A DNA stretch of 64,000 nt, taken from positions 3,312 to 67,311 of the forward strand of contig JAYUFZ010000018.1 in assembly GCA_043767845.1 (NCBI GenBank). Reading direction: 5' to 3'. Source of the DNA: a bacterium (lineage in GTDB: Bacteria > Patescibacteriota > Saccharimonadia > UBA4664 > JBBRNT01). The position numbers were made by a program, and so were the translations under genes. This document shows, in pieces, positions 1 to 8,699 of this stretch. Position 1 is the first letter of the stretch, and the number at the start of each line of letters is the position of its first letter. Under the pieces are notes generated by a model. It searched no databases and was not told the DNA's origin. It saw only the letters and a list, made by a program, of their open reading frames with translations.

Positions 1-244
1 TAATAAGCAGGCCGACGAGCAGAATTAATACGACCTGCAGATAACCCTGATAGAAGTATGCGTGCCAGATACCAAAGAGGCCGACAAAAGGGGCCAGCAG
101 CAGAATGGGCGCCGGGCCCAGGGCCCAATAGGCATGGCCTTGGAATAAAACCAGATCATTTTGCGATGCTTGGGCGTGCAGGAAATAGGTTTTGCCATGC
201 AACAGAGACTCGGCCAGGTCGCTGAACTGCTGATTCTTTTCCAT
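1..244 (-). CDS. partial CDS (N-terminal part only, continues past window start): hypothetical polytopic membrane protein
   Basis: Minus-strand ATG at 244 gives MEKNQQFSDLAESLLHGKTYFLHAQ...APFVGLFGIWHAYFYQGYLQVVLILLVGLLI, open to position 1; hydrophobic. Absent from ORF track because it runs off the edge. Confidence 0.35.
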   Translation of the reverse strand, partial: MEKNQQFSDLAESLLHGKTYFLHAQASQNDLVLFQGHAYWALGPAPILLLAPFVGLFGIWHAYFYQGYLQVVLILLVGLLI

Positions 245-432
245 TGATAGACAAGAGACCAGCATAGCCGATAGCTCGAAGATGATGATTGTTATCACCA
301 TAGCCCTGGGTAGAATACGCCTGATACGGGCATAGAAATTGGACAAGTATCCTCCGCTCCGGGCTTAAGTATACTCCTAATTATGCCTTATCGACTGGTC
401 ACCAGCAAGCATAAGCCAATGCTATACTACTA

Positions 433-2271
433 ATGTTTAAGCGGGTGTGCATGTCCAAGAAAAGTATGATTCTGATCGCTGTAGCGACGCTGTGCTTGAT
501 ACTGGCGCTATTAGGTCTCGGCTACCTACTCAGCCGCACTCAGGCGCCACTCAAGCTGAGCCACGAGACAACCGACCTGCGGGTCACTAATGCGTTGCGA
601 GTGAGCTTTAACCAAGAGATCGACGGCTCTTTTCAGGCCGAGCTGGAGGGGTCACCCGCAGGACGCTGGGAGAGGATATCGGGACCATTTGGCGTTCGAG
701 AGGTAGCCTTCGTGCCAGCTAGCCCGCTGCCGGCTGGTAAAAATTTCACTATGTCTCTGCGGCACCTCCGGCGTGCCTACAGTCACAGCCTGATCGCCGA
801 AACTGAGGTTATTAGCTTTCATACCGAGCAAGCGCCCGACATAGCTTCGATCGCCCCGGCCGACGGTAGCTCGGACCAAGCCGTCTCATCTGTCGTTACT
901 ATTCGACTAACCTCACCGAACCATGGGCTGCGAAAGTTAATCCTAGTGATGACACCTCAGGTCGAGACGACGGCGCTCCCCGCTAGCGATGACCAAACTT
1001 TTAGCTGGAAGTTTCAGGTCCCGCTTACCCAAGGCGCGAGCTACCAGATAGTGGTACAAGACCAGAATATTACTGACCCAGCCGCCAGACAACTAGCCAC
1101 CAGCCACTTCACTACAGTCGCCGAACCGAAGGTCACAGGAACTGCCAGGGCTTATTTCCAGCCCGATGAAAAGCTGGCGATATCTTTCGATCAACCCATG
1201 AGACCGCTGGAAACGCATTTCCAATTTGATATCGGCGGCATTGGCGCCTGGACCAACCCCAAAACCTTTGAGTACACGCCATCCGGGATTCAGCCTGGCA
1301 CCACCTACGGCTATAGCGTGCTCAAAGGCGCTACCTCGGTAGCTGGCGGGCAGACCCAAGCCGATCACGCCTTCCAAGTTTCAACGCCTGGCCGAGTGGT
1401 CGTTACCAGCCGTAGTCCCACTGGCAGCAATGTTAGCCGCGCAACCCCAATCCGCTTTAGCTTTGACCAAGCCGTCGACCACAATTCGGCCCAGGGACAT
1501 TTCAGCCTCCAGCCCGGGGCCGCGGGAGCATTTAGCTGGAGCGCTGGCACCATGACCTTCACTCCAAGTGGCCTCGAGTATCAGACCAGCTACACAGCCA
1601 GCCTGAGCGCAGGTATTACTCCCATATTTGGACTACCAAGTAACCAAATCTTTAGCCTCTCTTTCGACACCGAACCGCAAGTCATTAAACTCTCGGTGCC
1701 GCTCTATAGACAAAGCTTGCCACTCAGCTGCGAGGAAGCGGCTTTGAGTATGGCTTTGGCCTACCGCGGTATTAGTGCCTCCGAAATGGATATCTTAACG
1801 CACGTCGGCTACAACCCGCGGCCTCGCGATACCGCCACTAATAGCTGGGACAACCCCTATGATATGTTCGTTGGCGACGTCAATGGCACCCAAAACAGTA
1901 CCGGCTATGGCGTCTATGGCCCTCCGATTGCCGCGGCCGCCCACGCCTATGGCCGAGGCGCTGCTGCCTATAGCGGTGTAACAGCCAATTTTATCGCCGG
2001 CCAAGTCTTGTCGGGCAACCCTGTCATCGTCTGGGGCAGTTCGAGAACACCAATAATGGAGAGCTGGAACACCACGAGTGGCATGGTGTCTGCTTGGAAA
2101 TACGAGCATACCCGGGTAGTGCTTGGGGTTGTTGGCCGGGCTGACGCGCCGCTCGGCTTTTACCTCAACGACCCCGGCACAGGAACCGCCATTTACTGGT
2201 CTACTGCCCAGTTGCTAGCCAATATGAACTCCCTCGGCAATCTCACCAACCAAGCAGTTGTCGTTTTATAG
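433..2271 (+). CDS. membrane-anchored secreted protein with tandem Ig-like repeats and C-terminal C39-like (papain-fold) peptidase domain
   Basis: N-terminal TM helix (ILIAVATLCLILALLGLGYLL). Four ~90-aa repeats with recurring 'ISF/FSFDQ' and 'GTTY/QTSYT' motifs. C-terminus 'LSCEEAALSMALAYRG...YEHTRVVLGVVG...YLNDPG' matches the Cys/His/Asp layout of Peptidase_C39-like domains. Confidence 0.55.
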   Translation: MFKRVCMSKKSMILIAVATLCLILALLGLGYLLSRTQAPLKLSHETTDLRVTNALRVSFNQEIDGSFQAELEGSPAGRWERISGPFGVREVAFVPASPLPAGKNFTMSLRHLRRAYSHSLIAETEVISFHTEQAPDIASIAPADGSSDQAVSSVVTIRLTSPNHGLRKLILVMTPQVETTALPASDDQTFSWKFQVPLTQGASYQIVVQDQNITDPAARQLATSHFTTVAEPKVTGTARAYFQPDEKLAISFDQPMRPLETHFQFDIGGIGAWTNPKTFEYTPSGIQPGTTYGYSVLKGATSVAGGQTQADHAFQVSTPGRVVVTSRSPTGSNVSRATPIRFSFDQAVDHNSAQGHFSLQPGAAGAFSWSAGTMTFTPSGLEYQTSYTASLSAGITPIFGLPSNQIFSLSFDTEPQVIKLSVPLYRQSLPLSCEEAALSMALAYRGISASEMDILTHVGYNPRPRDTATNSWDNPYDMFVGDVNGTQNSTGYGVYGPPIAAAAHAYGRGAAAYSGVTANFIAGQVLSGNPVIVWGSSRTPIMESWNTTSGMVSAWKYEHTRVVLGVVGRADAPLGFYLNDPGTGTAIYWSTAQLLANMNSLGNLTNQAVVVL

Positions 2272-2272
2272 C

Positions 2273-2959
2273 CTAATGCTGGGCAATCGTGGCGCCCCAG
2301 ACCGACCTGGCACCGGCTAGGCTGAGCGCTCTCGCCCCCTCGGCCAAAGTGGCGCCGGTGGTAATGACATCGTCGACGAGCAAAATGCGTGTGCCACGTA
2401 GCAGGCGGGGATAGCGGACATAGAACTGGCCTTCGACCTGCGACAGGCGCTCACTGCGCGATTTCCCAACTTGTCTGGTATTACCTAGGCGGCCAAGGGC
2501 GTTAACGACCGGCAGGTGGCAGAGCGTACTGAGCTCACGAGCTAGCAGTGCCGCCTGATTGTAGCCCCGGAAGCCGTAATGCGTGGCAGTGACCGGGATT
2601 GGCACCAGGAGGTCATAATGCGAAGCATCAATCCGCGGCACTAGCAACTCGGCCCCAAGCACGGCAAGGTCAGTAGCCTGTTCGTACTTGAGGCCAGCCA
2701 CTAATTGCTTGACTACTCCCTCATAGTACGAGGCGACTACAACGCCAGAGAGCGCCGTCTTGCCCAGGCAGCTCGGGCACGTTTTCCCCTCAGGGCTTAA
2801 CTTATTACACAAGTAGCAGACCGGCTGCTTGGCTACAATGGACCGGCTCAAGCAGTCCATACATAGTCGTCCACCCTGCCGACTACAGATCTGGCAACTC
2901 TGCGGCGCGATATAGTCTATGACCCGACCAAACAACTCCTGGTCCCCCTTAGCTAGCAA
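2273..2959 (-). CDS. comF: ComF family protein (double zinc ribbon + phosphoribosyltransferase domain)
   Basis: N-terminal CxxC...CxxC pairs (CQICSRQ...CMDCL, CYLCNK...CPSC). C-terminal PRTase motif 'ILLVDDVITTGATL'. Confidence 0.75.
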   Translation of the reverse strand: MLAKGDQELFGRVIDYIAPQSCQICSRQGGRLCMDCLSRSIVAKQPVCYLCNKLSPEGKTCPSCLGKTALSGVVVASYYEGVVKQLVAGLKYEQATDLAVLGAELLVPRIDASHYDLLVPIPVTATHYGFRGYNQAALLARELSTLCHLPVVNALGRLGNTRQVGKSRSERLSQVEGQFYVRYPRLLRGTRILLVDDVITTGATLAEGARALSLAGARSVWGATIAQH

Positions 2960-2972
2960 CCGAGTGTTGCTA
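2954..2972 (+). promoter_or_regulatory. inverted repeat TAGCAAC-cgagt-GTTGCTA overlapping a putative -35 (TTGCTA) 18 nt upstream of TATAAT (2991-2996); CIRCE-like candidate heat-shock operator for hsp20
   Basis: Perfect 7-bp inverted repeat read from sequence. Ends resemble the CIRCE half-sites (TTAGCA...TGCTAA) but the spacer is 5 not 9 nt. Sits directly upstream of the Hsp20 gene. Confidence 0.3.
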
Positions 2973-3072
2973 TTGTGTGATATATTTGACTATAATAGGC
3001 AAAAGGCTGCAGACATTGCAAACGTAACGGGATTGCAAGCCTCAAATAAGTGGAAAGTTGGAGGAGAGCCCG

Positions 3073-3504
3073 ATGGCAGGCAGGAAAAATGGCGGGAACA
3101 ATGAGGAGAATGTTTTGGAAGATGAATTTCTAGATGAATCGGCTGGAACCAGCGAAGACTGGATGGAAGAAGTTGAAGGCCAACTGGCTGTCGACGTTTA
3201 CCAAACCAAGGAAAATGTAGTTATTAAGGCTCCAATCGCCGGCGTAAAAGCCGAGGACATCGATATCAGCGTCTCTGAAGATGTAGTCACGCTCCGTGGT
3301 GAGCGGATTGAAGAGCGTGAAGTTGACCGTGAGCACTACTACGTTCAGGAGTGCTACTGGGGATCTTTCTCCCGCTCAGTCATCTTGCCAACTTCGACAG
3401 TCGCCGAGAAAGCACAAGCAAGCTTACGTGATGGTGTTCTGACTATCACTATTCCTAAGGTTGCTCAAGACAAGGTCAAGAAAATCAAAGTCCGCCCCGC
3501 GTAG
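3073..3504 (+). CDS. hsp20: Hsp20/alpha-crystallin family small heat shock protein
   Basis: 'VDVYQTKENVVIKAPIAGVKAEDIDISVSEDVVTLRGER...DGVLTITIPK' is a typical alpha-crystallin domain. ATG at 3073 is preceded by GGAGGAG (track start 3058 is a TTG inside that SD). Confidence 0.8.
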   Translation: MAGRKNGGNNEENVLEDEFLDESAGTSEDWMEEVEGQLAVDVYQTKENVVIKAPIAGVKAEDIDISVSEDVVTLRGERIEEREVDREHYYVQECYWGSFSRSVILPTSTVAEKAQASLRDGVLTITIPKVAQDKVKKIKVRPA

Positions 3505-3652
3505 GCTAGTAAGCTGCTGTATTTCGCGCGCTTCTGCGGCAGAGCCTGCGCTGCTCCTTCACCGTATTGCATATACGCCTCAGTCCGCTGCTCGGCTCTT
3601 TCTTGAATCGCATCGAACTACAGCAGCTTACAGGCTAGGACCAGGAATTAAA

Positions 3653-3679
3653 AAGACCCCATATGGGGTCTTTTTAATT
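3653..3679. terminator. bidirectional rho-independent terminator (AAGACCCC-atat-GGGGTCTT flanked by A/T runs)
   Basis: Perfect 8-bp stem with T-run on the plus strand and A-run upstream. Sits between convergent hsp20 (+) and the pilin-like array (-). Confidence 0.7.
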
Positions 3680-3814
3680 GAGCTAGCATTGCCGGTTGTG
3701 TAGGTTGATGCAGATCAAGGAGAACCGAGCACCGTAAGTGAGGCGTACTTCACGGTACGGTGAGTGCGGAGCGCAAGGTTCGACGCTGATATGCGCAACC
3801 TACGCGACCGGCAC

Positions 3815-4189
3815 TTAGACGCGGCCGGCGACGAAGGTGACGGCGGCAAATGCCAATGAGGCAACAATGATGCCGATGATAGCATAGAGAATGGTGTTTT
3901 TGGCACCTTCGACAGCACTGGAGTTACCACTGGAGAGGACGTAGCGGAAACCACCAATGATCAGCATGATCACTGAGATGGCGCCTACTAGGAAGATCAA
4001 GGTGTTTGCAACCTTGCTGAAGATACCGCCAGCACCGAACAGTACGTTGGTGGCGTTGTTTGGCTGTGAGCCATTGATGCCGTTAATCAGGTCATCTGGG
4101 GCAGCCATTGCTGTACCGGCCAGCACGAGCGATGAGGTTGCTACTGCTGTAGCTTTCGCCGCAAAATTATTAATAGTGCTTACTTTCAC
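3815..4189 (-). CDS. T4SS pilin candidate (VirB2/TrbC-like), paralog 1 of 5
   Basis: Signal peptide (...LAGTAMA|AP), then two hydrophobic helices joined by a short polar loop: 'LIFLVGAISVIMLIIGGFRYVLSSGNSSAVEGAKNTILYAIIGIIVASLAF'. Same topology as VirB2/TrbC pilins and adjacent to VirB6/VirB3/VirB4 genes. Confidence 0.5.
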   Translation of the reverse strand: MKVSTINNFAAKATAVATSSLVLAGTAMAAPDDLINGINGSQPNNATNVLFGAGGIFSKVANTLIFLVGAISVIMLIIGGFRYVLSSGNSSAVEGAKNTILYAIIGIIVASLAFAAVTFVAGRV

Positions 4190-4277
4190 GTTTTCTCCTA
4201 TGCGTCTAATAAATTTATGAGATTACTTAGCATTATCATACCATACAGGGCACAAATGCAAGCTAGACTAAGCCGGA

Positions 4278-4649
4278 TTACACACGCGCGGCAATGAAAT
4301 GCGAAATTGCAAAGGCCATGCTGGCTACGATCAAACCGATAATGGCGTAGAGAATCGTATCCTTGGCCCCGCTCACCGCACTGGAGTTGCCGCTGGAGAG
4401 GACGTAGCGGAAACCACCAATAATGAGCATAATCACCGAGGCGGCCCCGACAATGAATACTAGCGTATTGGCCACGGCCATAAACACGCCTCCCGGAGCG
4501 AATAGCTCTGTTTTGGCGCCAGCCGGCTTGGTGTTATCAATGCCGTCGGTCACGGCTTTGATGGCGCCATATACCGGGGATGACAGGGCGAGGCTAAAAC
4601 CTACAATGGCAGCGGCTTGAGTTCTTTTGATGAGTGTTTGAACAGACAT
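4278..4649 (-). CDS. T4SS pilin candidate (VirB2/TrbC-like), paralog 2
   Basis: Start moved to ATG 4649 (MSVQTLIKR...), preceded by AAGGAGA at -6..-12; the track start 4721 overlaps the upstream paralog. Carries the shared motif 'GGFRYVLSSGNSSAVSGAKDTILYAIIGLIV'. Confidence 0.5.
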   Translation of the reverse strand: MSVQTLIKRTQAAAIVGFSLALSSPVYGAIKAVTDGIDNTKPAGAKTELFAPGGVFMAVANTLVFIVGAASVIMLIIGGFRYVLSSGNSSAVSGAKDTILYAIIGLIVASMAFAISHFIAARV

Positions 4650-4668
4650 GATTGTCTCCTTAGGTGGT

Positions 4669-4974
4669 TTAGAAACGGCCCGAGATAAAGGACGAGATAG
4701 CATAGCCGGAAGCGGCCACAATAATACCTACTACAGCATACAGAATACCATCCTTGGCGCTCTTTACAGAGCTTGAATTACCGGCCGATATGACATAACG
4801 AAGGCCACTTACGATAAGGACAATTACCGAGATGACGCCGACAATGAGCAGCAAAGTGTTAACAATCTTTACTGCTACTTCAGAAAGTGAGCCGCTAAAG
4901 AAGCCGGGGCCGCTATCAACAATACCAGTGTTACCAACTGTGATATCAGCCAAGAAGGGGAGTATGTGGTGCAT
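4669..4974 (-). CDS. T4SS pilin candidate (VirB2/TrbC-like), paralog 3
   Basis: 'LLLIVGVISVIVLIVSGLRYVISAGNSSSVKSAKDGILYAVVGIIVAASGYAI': same two-helix hairpin and motif. Confidence 0.5.
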   Translation of the reverse strand: MHHILPFLADITVGNTGIVDSGPGFFSGSLSEVAVKIVNTLLLIVGVISVIVLIVSGLRYVISAGNSSSVKSAKDGILYAVVGIIVAASGYAISSFISGRF

Positions 4975-4989
4975 AGTGGTTTTCCGAAA

Positions 4990-5325
4990 TTAAAATAGTG
5001 TCGTTGCAAAGGCCAGGATCGCCCAGGTCGATAGCGTTACAATAAGCCCAATTACCGCGTAGAGCAAGGTGTCCTTGGCAGTTTTAGTACCGCTCGGGCT
5101 ACCAGCCGATAGAACATATCGCAAGCCGGCGACCACTATGAAGATGACCGACAGCGTGCCGGCGATGAAGAGAGCCAGGGCAACGACATTGTGGATGAGT
5201 TGCTGCACTGCGAACAAGCCGCCAGTCGTACTGTTGTTTGGGTCAACATTCTGGAAAAGCGAGTTTGGCACGGGGTCATCCGCCAAAAGTCTGGGAATAG
5301 TAGCTATAAGTGACCGTAGAATCAT
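4990..5325 (-). CDS. T4SS pilin candidate (VirB2/TrbC-like), paralog 4
   Basis: 'ALALFIAGTLSVIFIVVAGLRYVLSAGSPSGTKTAKDTLLYAVIGLIVTLSTWAILAF': same motif. Confidence 0.5.
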   Translation of the reverse strand: MILRSLIATIPRLLADDPVPNSLFQNVDPNNSTTGGLFAVQQLIHNVVALALFIAGTLSVIFIVVAGLRYVLSAGSPSGTKTAKDTLLYAVIGLIVTLSTWAILAFATTLF

Positions 5326-5328
5326 TGG

Positions 5329-5841
5329 TTAAATTCCTATTAAACGAAGAATGAAGAACATTAGGCTCAATACTATCAGACCGACGACGGCGTTGGCGAT
5401 GCGGTTTTTGGCTTTCTTGATAGCATCCGGGCTGCCCTGGGAGGAAATGAACTGTATCCCCGACACAATAATAACCAGCGCCGCCAACCCGCCAATAATC
5501 CCAAACAACCAGTTGATGGCGAATTCTAAGAGGGCGAAAATGGGGTTTTTATTCGTGCAGTTGAGTGTTAGGCCGGGAGTTGTAACCTTATCGCAGGTGT
5601 ATGGATCAGGTTGTGCAGGATTATTGCCAACTGCGGTACTGGTGTGGCTGTTGCAGTAAGCAACGCCTCCATCATCCTTAATCTCGTTCTCTGGAATAAC
5701 TGTCACGCCATCCGGGCAAAGCGCAGCCGCTCGAGCTACGGGAACGGAGGAGGGTTGAAGAGCTAGCCCGATTAAACCCAGTATAATTTGGAGAAATATC
5801 CCAAACGAAAGCATTAACACAAATTTGTAAAAACGTTTCAT
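5329..5841 (-). CDS. T4SS pilin-like paralog 5 with Cys-rich extracellular insertion
   Basis: Start uncertain (ATG 5841 MKRFYKF... or 5904). N-terminal TM, then a ~80-aa segment with 6 Cys (CPDG..YCNSH..YTCDK..LNCTNK). C-terminal 'IIGGLAALVIIVSGIQFISSQGSPDAIKKAKNRIANAVVGLIVLSLMF' matches the paralog motif. Confidence 0.45.
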   Translation of the reverse strand: MKRFYKFVLMLSFGIFLQIILGLIGLALQPSSVPVARAAALCPDGVTVIPENEIKDDGGVAYCNSHTSTAVGNNPAQPDPYTCDKVTTPGLTLNCTNKNPIFALLEFAINWLFGIIGGLAALVIIVSGIQFISSQGSPDAIKKAKNRIANAVVGLIVLSLMFFILRLIGI

Positions 5842-5957
5842 TGCCGTGATTGTAGCCGAATTCAGGTTGCAAGCGCAAGGGGAGGGCTGTGGAGTAGACT
5901 CCAAGCAAAGCCGTTAATTCAACCTTTTTACTATCTTTAAGCCCTATTTGCCAGCGT

Positions 5958-5998
5958 AAGCAAATTGCTTTGACAAACAGGAGTAAATAGTGTAGAAT
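5958..5998 (+). promoter_or_regulatory. near-consensus sigma70-type promoter for the VirB6-like operon: -35 TTGACA (5970-5975), 17-nt spacer, -10 TAGAAT (5993-5998), abutted by palindrome AAGCAA-A-TTGCTT (5958-5970)
   Basis: Hexamers and spacing read directly. The palindrome touching the -35 is a candidate operator in the divergent pilin/VirB6 intergenic region. Confidence 0.55.
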
Positions 5999-6037
5999 AC
6001 GAGATTCGTGAGCGCCAGAAACTAACGCTAATTAGCC

Positions 6038-8617
6038 ATGAGACATTTCTTCAAAAAATTTAGCCACACACCCCTTGTGCTTGGCCTTGGCGCCGTGGCG
6101 CTAGCTGTTGCAGTCCTTTTGAGCCCGGCCAAAGCAATGGCGGCCAGCGAAAGCTATTTCTATGGCCCGAGCTCCAATTTCAACACCGTCGTCGGCCAAA
6201 ACGGCGTCTTCGCCAAACCGACAGCCTTTACGCTAGCTTCGGAAACTGCTGATGCCAGGACTTATACCGCTACCCAATCCGTCACCTGCAGCAGCAAACC
6301 GGCCACTTCGACGCTTACACTGGTGGCCAAAAAAACCGACGGCAGCGGAAGCTTGGCAGTCGACGCTGCCACCGCCAGCTGCTATACCAGCGCCCCCGAT
6401 GCCACCATAGCTGTAGCCGACACCCAGGCGGCTGCCAAGCCGACAGTTCAGACTGCCGCAGCTGGGACTCCCGCGACAAGCAGACCCGCCGTCAAGCGAT
6501 GTGATGGTGGAGTTCTTACTTGGTTTCTATGTTCGCTCTATGATTGGATACTCAAATCAATCGACCAGATTGAACAAAACGTCATCGTACCCTTCCTCAA
6601 GATAGACCCGCTGGTCTTTGGAGACGCCAACAACCCCGGGTATGCCATTTGGCAAGGCGTGCGTACTCTAGCAAACGTCGTCTTTGTCTTGGCCTTTTTG
6701 GTCATTATATTTGCCAACACTCTTTCGCTGTCACTTGATAGCTACTCACTCAAAAAAACTCTGCCCAAGCTTGTAGCCGCGGCTATCCTGGTGCAGTTCT
6801 CATACTTAATCGTTGGGCTGGCCATCGACCTTACCAATATCGTTGGCTCTGGCCTAGGTGATTTGGTCATGACGCCCTTCAAGGTCGCCCAGCAGACCCA
6901 TATTAGTAATGGTGTAGCGGCGGGCCTCTGGGGCGTCGGCATCGCTGGTAGTATTTCCGCTACCTTGGCGCTCGCTAGTGGCGTGCTGACCGGTGGCATT
7001 CTATTCGTATTAATCGGTGCTTTCTTCGCAGTATTGGGCGTATTCTTAACGCTCGTGGCACGGCAGATTCTCGTGACACTACTGCTTATACTCTCTCCCT
7101 TGGCCTTCGTTGCTTGGGTGCTACCAAATACTAGCCATTACTTCACTATGTGGCGCAAATCGCTGACACGGCTACTAGTGATGTACCCGATTGTCGTTTT
7201 ACTGTTTGTGAGCGGCAAAATATTTAGTACCGTTACAGTGGCAGCCAACGGTGGTGGCGCAGGTAATGACACAATTCGTTCCCTTATAAGTGTCGTCGCT
7301 GGCGTTATTCCACTCTTCCTAATCCCTGCCGCCTTCAAATTTGCCGGTGCCGCGCTCTCAACAGTAGATGGCCTCATGCAGACAGTCCATGGCCGTAGCC
7401 GCAAAGCCTTCGAGGGATCGGGAGTTTACGAGCGGGCAAAAGCCCGTACAGACCAGCGCCGCACCGAACTGGCTAGCGGAAATAAGATTAAGTTCCTGGG
7501 CTCCAAGAAACTAGGCGACGCAATTACGGGCAATAGCCTCACGACATTAACAGCTCAGGGTCTGCCAGGCCTACTCTCGTATGGGGCCGATCACGCGCGG
7601 GCAAGCCTCAAGGGCGTTCCTTATGCTGGCTCGCACCAAGACGTCAAGGCTGTCTCTGACTTCATGAAAGAACGCAACGCCTGGGCTAAACGCCTTGAAG
7701 AAGAAGGCTTAAGCTTCAATGCCTATGCCGTACTAAGTAGAGGCAATAAGTGGGCCGACAAAGAAATAACTGACCTTAATGGCAAAGCTCAAACTGCTGC
7801 TACATCATCGCAAACTGCTGCTCAAACTGCTGCGAACTTCACGGCTGCTGCTCAAGCCTCTCGCCAAGCTGCGCAACAAGCAACAGCCGCGGGCAATACG
7901 ACCCTCGCAACGCAACTCAGCCAAACAGCCACCCAGCAAGATAGCGAAGCTTCCCGCCAGACGGCAATTTCCACGAGCCAGGCACGCAAGCACAGCGGCT
8001 TTCTTAGTGAAGTTAGCTCCATGCAAGGGGCAAAGCTGGAAGCAAGCCGCTATATGGGCGTCAGCGCCGCCCGTGTAGCTGCATTTAAACACCTTTCTGA
8101 CATCGATGTAGCTGGTGAGGACGACCTGAATGCACTTAAAAATTACTCTGGTATGGACGGAGGCTCAACAGTCGGTAAGTTGCTCGCTACCCAGAATTGG
8201 GAGCAACTAAAAGAAGGTGCACGAAAGACTAATGTACACTTGGCTTATAAGAATGTTGATGGCAGTATTGACAACACTGAGCTCTACAAGTTTGTTCAAA
8301 AGAAGAATAAAACAGCCTGGGCTGATTACTCGCTGGATGCCATCCATCACATGGCAGAAACCGGCATCTTGCATGAATTAGCAAAAGATGAAGGTATGCG
8401 CAAAACACTTACTGGAGCAACAAGCCTAGAGGGTGGTCCAAGCCTGGCTGCCCCGCAGGACGTCTTAGTACGCAAAATTCTCGCTGAAACCGACCCTGAT
8501 CCAGCCGTGCGAATCAATGGAACTTTCTCAAGCTACAACAAAAATACGGTCAAGACCTTTACTAAGGCCCAAAAGGACCAATCCAAAGCGAGCGCTGATA
8601 CTCTCGATTTCTCATAG
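6038..8617 (+). CDS. VirB6/TrbL-like T4SS polytopic membrane protein (paralog 1) with secreted N-domain and low-complexity C-terminal tail
   Basis: Signal peptide; conserved 'CDGGVLTWFLCSLYDWILKSIDQ...GYAIWQGVRTLANVVFVLAFLVIIFANTLS' block; about six TM segments. Paralogous to the next gene. Tail is Gln/Ala/Thr-rich. Confidence 0.6.
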   Translation: MRHFFKKFSHTPLVLGLGAVALAVAVLLSPAKAMAASESYFYGPSSNFNTVVGQNGVFAKPTAFTLASETADARTYTATQSVTCSSKPATSTLTLVAKKTDGSGSLAVDAATASCYTSAPDATIAVADTQAAAKPTVQTAAAGTPATSRPAVKRCDGGVLTWFLCSLYDWILKSIDQIEQNVIVPFLKIDPLVFGDANNPGYAIWQGVRTLANVVFVLAFLVIIFANTLSLSLDSYSLKKTLPKLVAAAILVQFSYLIVGLAIDLTNIVGSGLGDLVMTPFKVAQQTHISNGVAAGLWGVGIAGSISATLALASGVLTGGILFVLIGAFFAVLGVFLTLVARQILVTLLLILSPLAFVAWVLPNTSHYFTMWRKSLTRLLVMYPIVVLLFVSGKIFSTVTVAANGGGAGNDTIRSLISVVAGVIPLFLIPAAFKFAGAALSTVDGLMQTVHGRSRKAFEGSGVYERAKARTDQRRTELASGNKIKFLGSKKLGDAITGNSLTTLTAQGLPGLLSYGADHARASLKGVPYAGSHQDVKAVSDFMKERNAWAKRLEEEGLSFNAYAVLSRGNKWADKEITDLNGKAQTAATSSQTAAQTAANFTAAAQASRQAAQQATAAGNTTLATQLSQTATQQDSEASRQTAISTSQARKHSGFLSEVSSMQGAKLEASRYMGVSAARVAAFKHLSDIDVAGEDDLNALKNYSGMDGGSTVGKLLATQNWEQLKEGARKTNVHLAYKNVDGSIDNTELYKFVQKKNKTAWADYSLDAIHHMAETGILHELAKDEGMRKTLTGATSLEGGPSLAAPQDVLVRKILAETDPDPAVRINGTFSSYNKNTVKTFTKAQKDQSKASADTLDFS

Positions 8618-8637
8618 ATTCACCGTCACGTTTTTAA

Positions 8638-8670
8638 ATAGACCACCCATTCTCAGCGGTCTATTTTTTT
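8638..8670 (+). terminator. rho-independent terminator (TAGACC-acccattctcagc-GGTCTA + T8)
   Basis: Hairpin followed by TTTTTTTT, 20 nt after the stop of VirB6-like paralog 1. Confidence 0.6.
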
Positions 8671-8699
8671 TGCCCCGCCGATGTAGTACCATAACTAGT

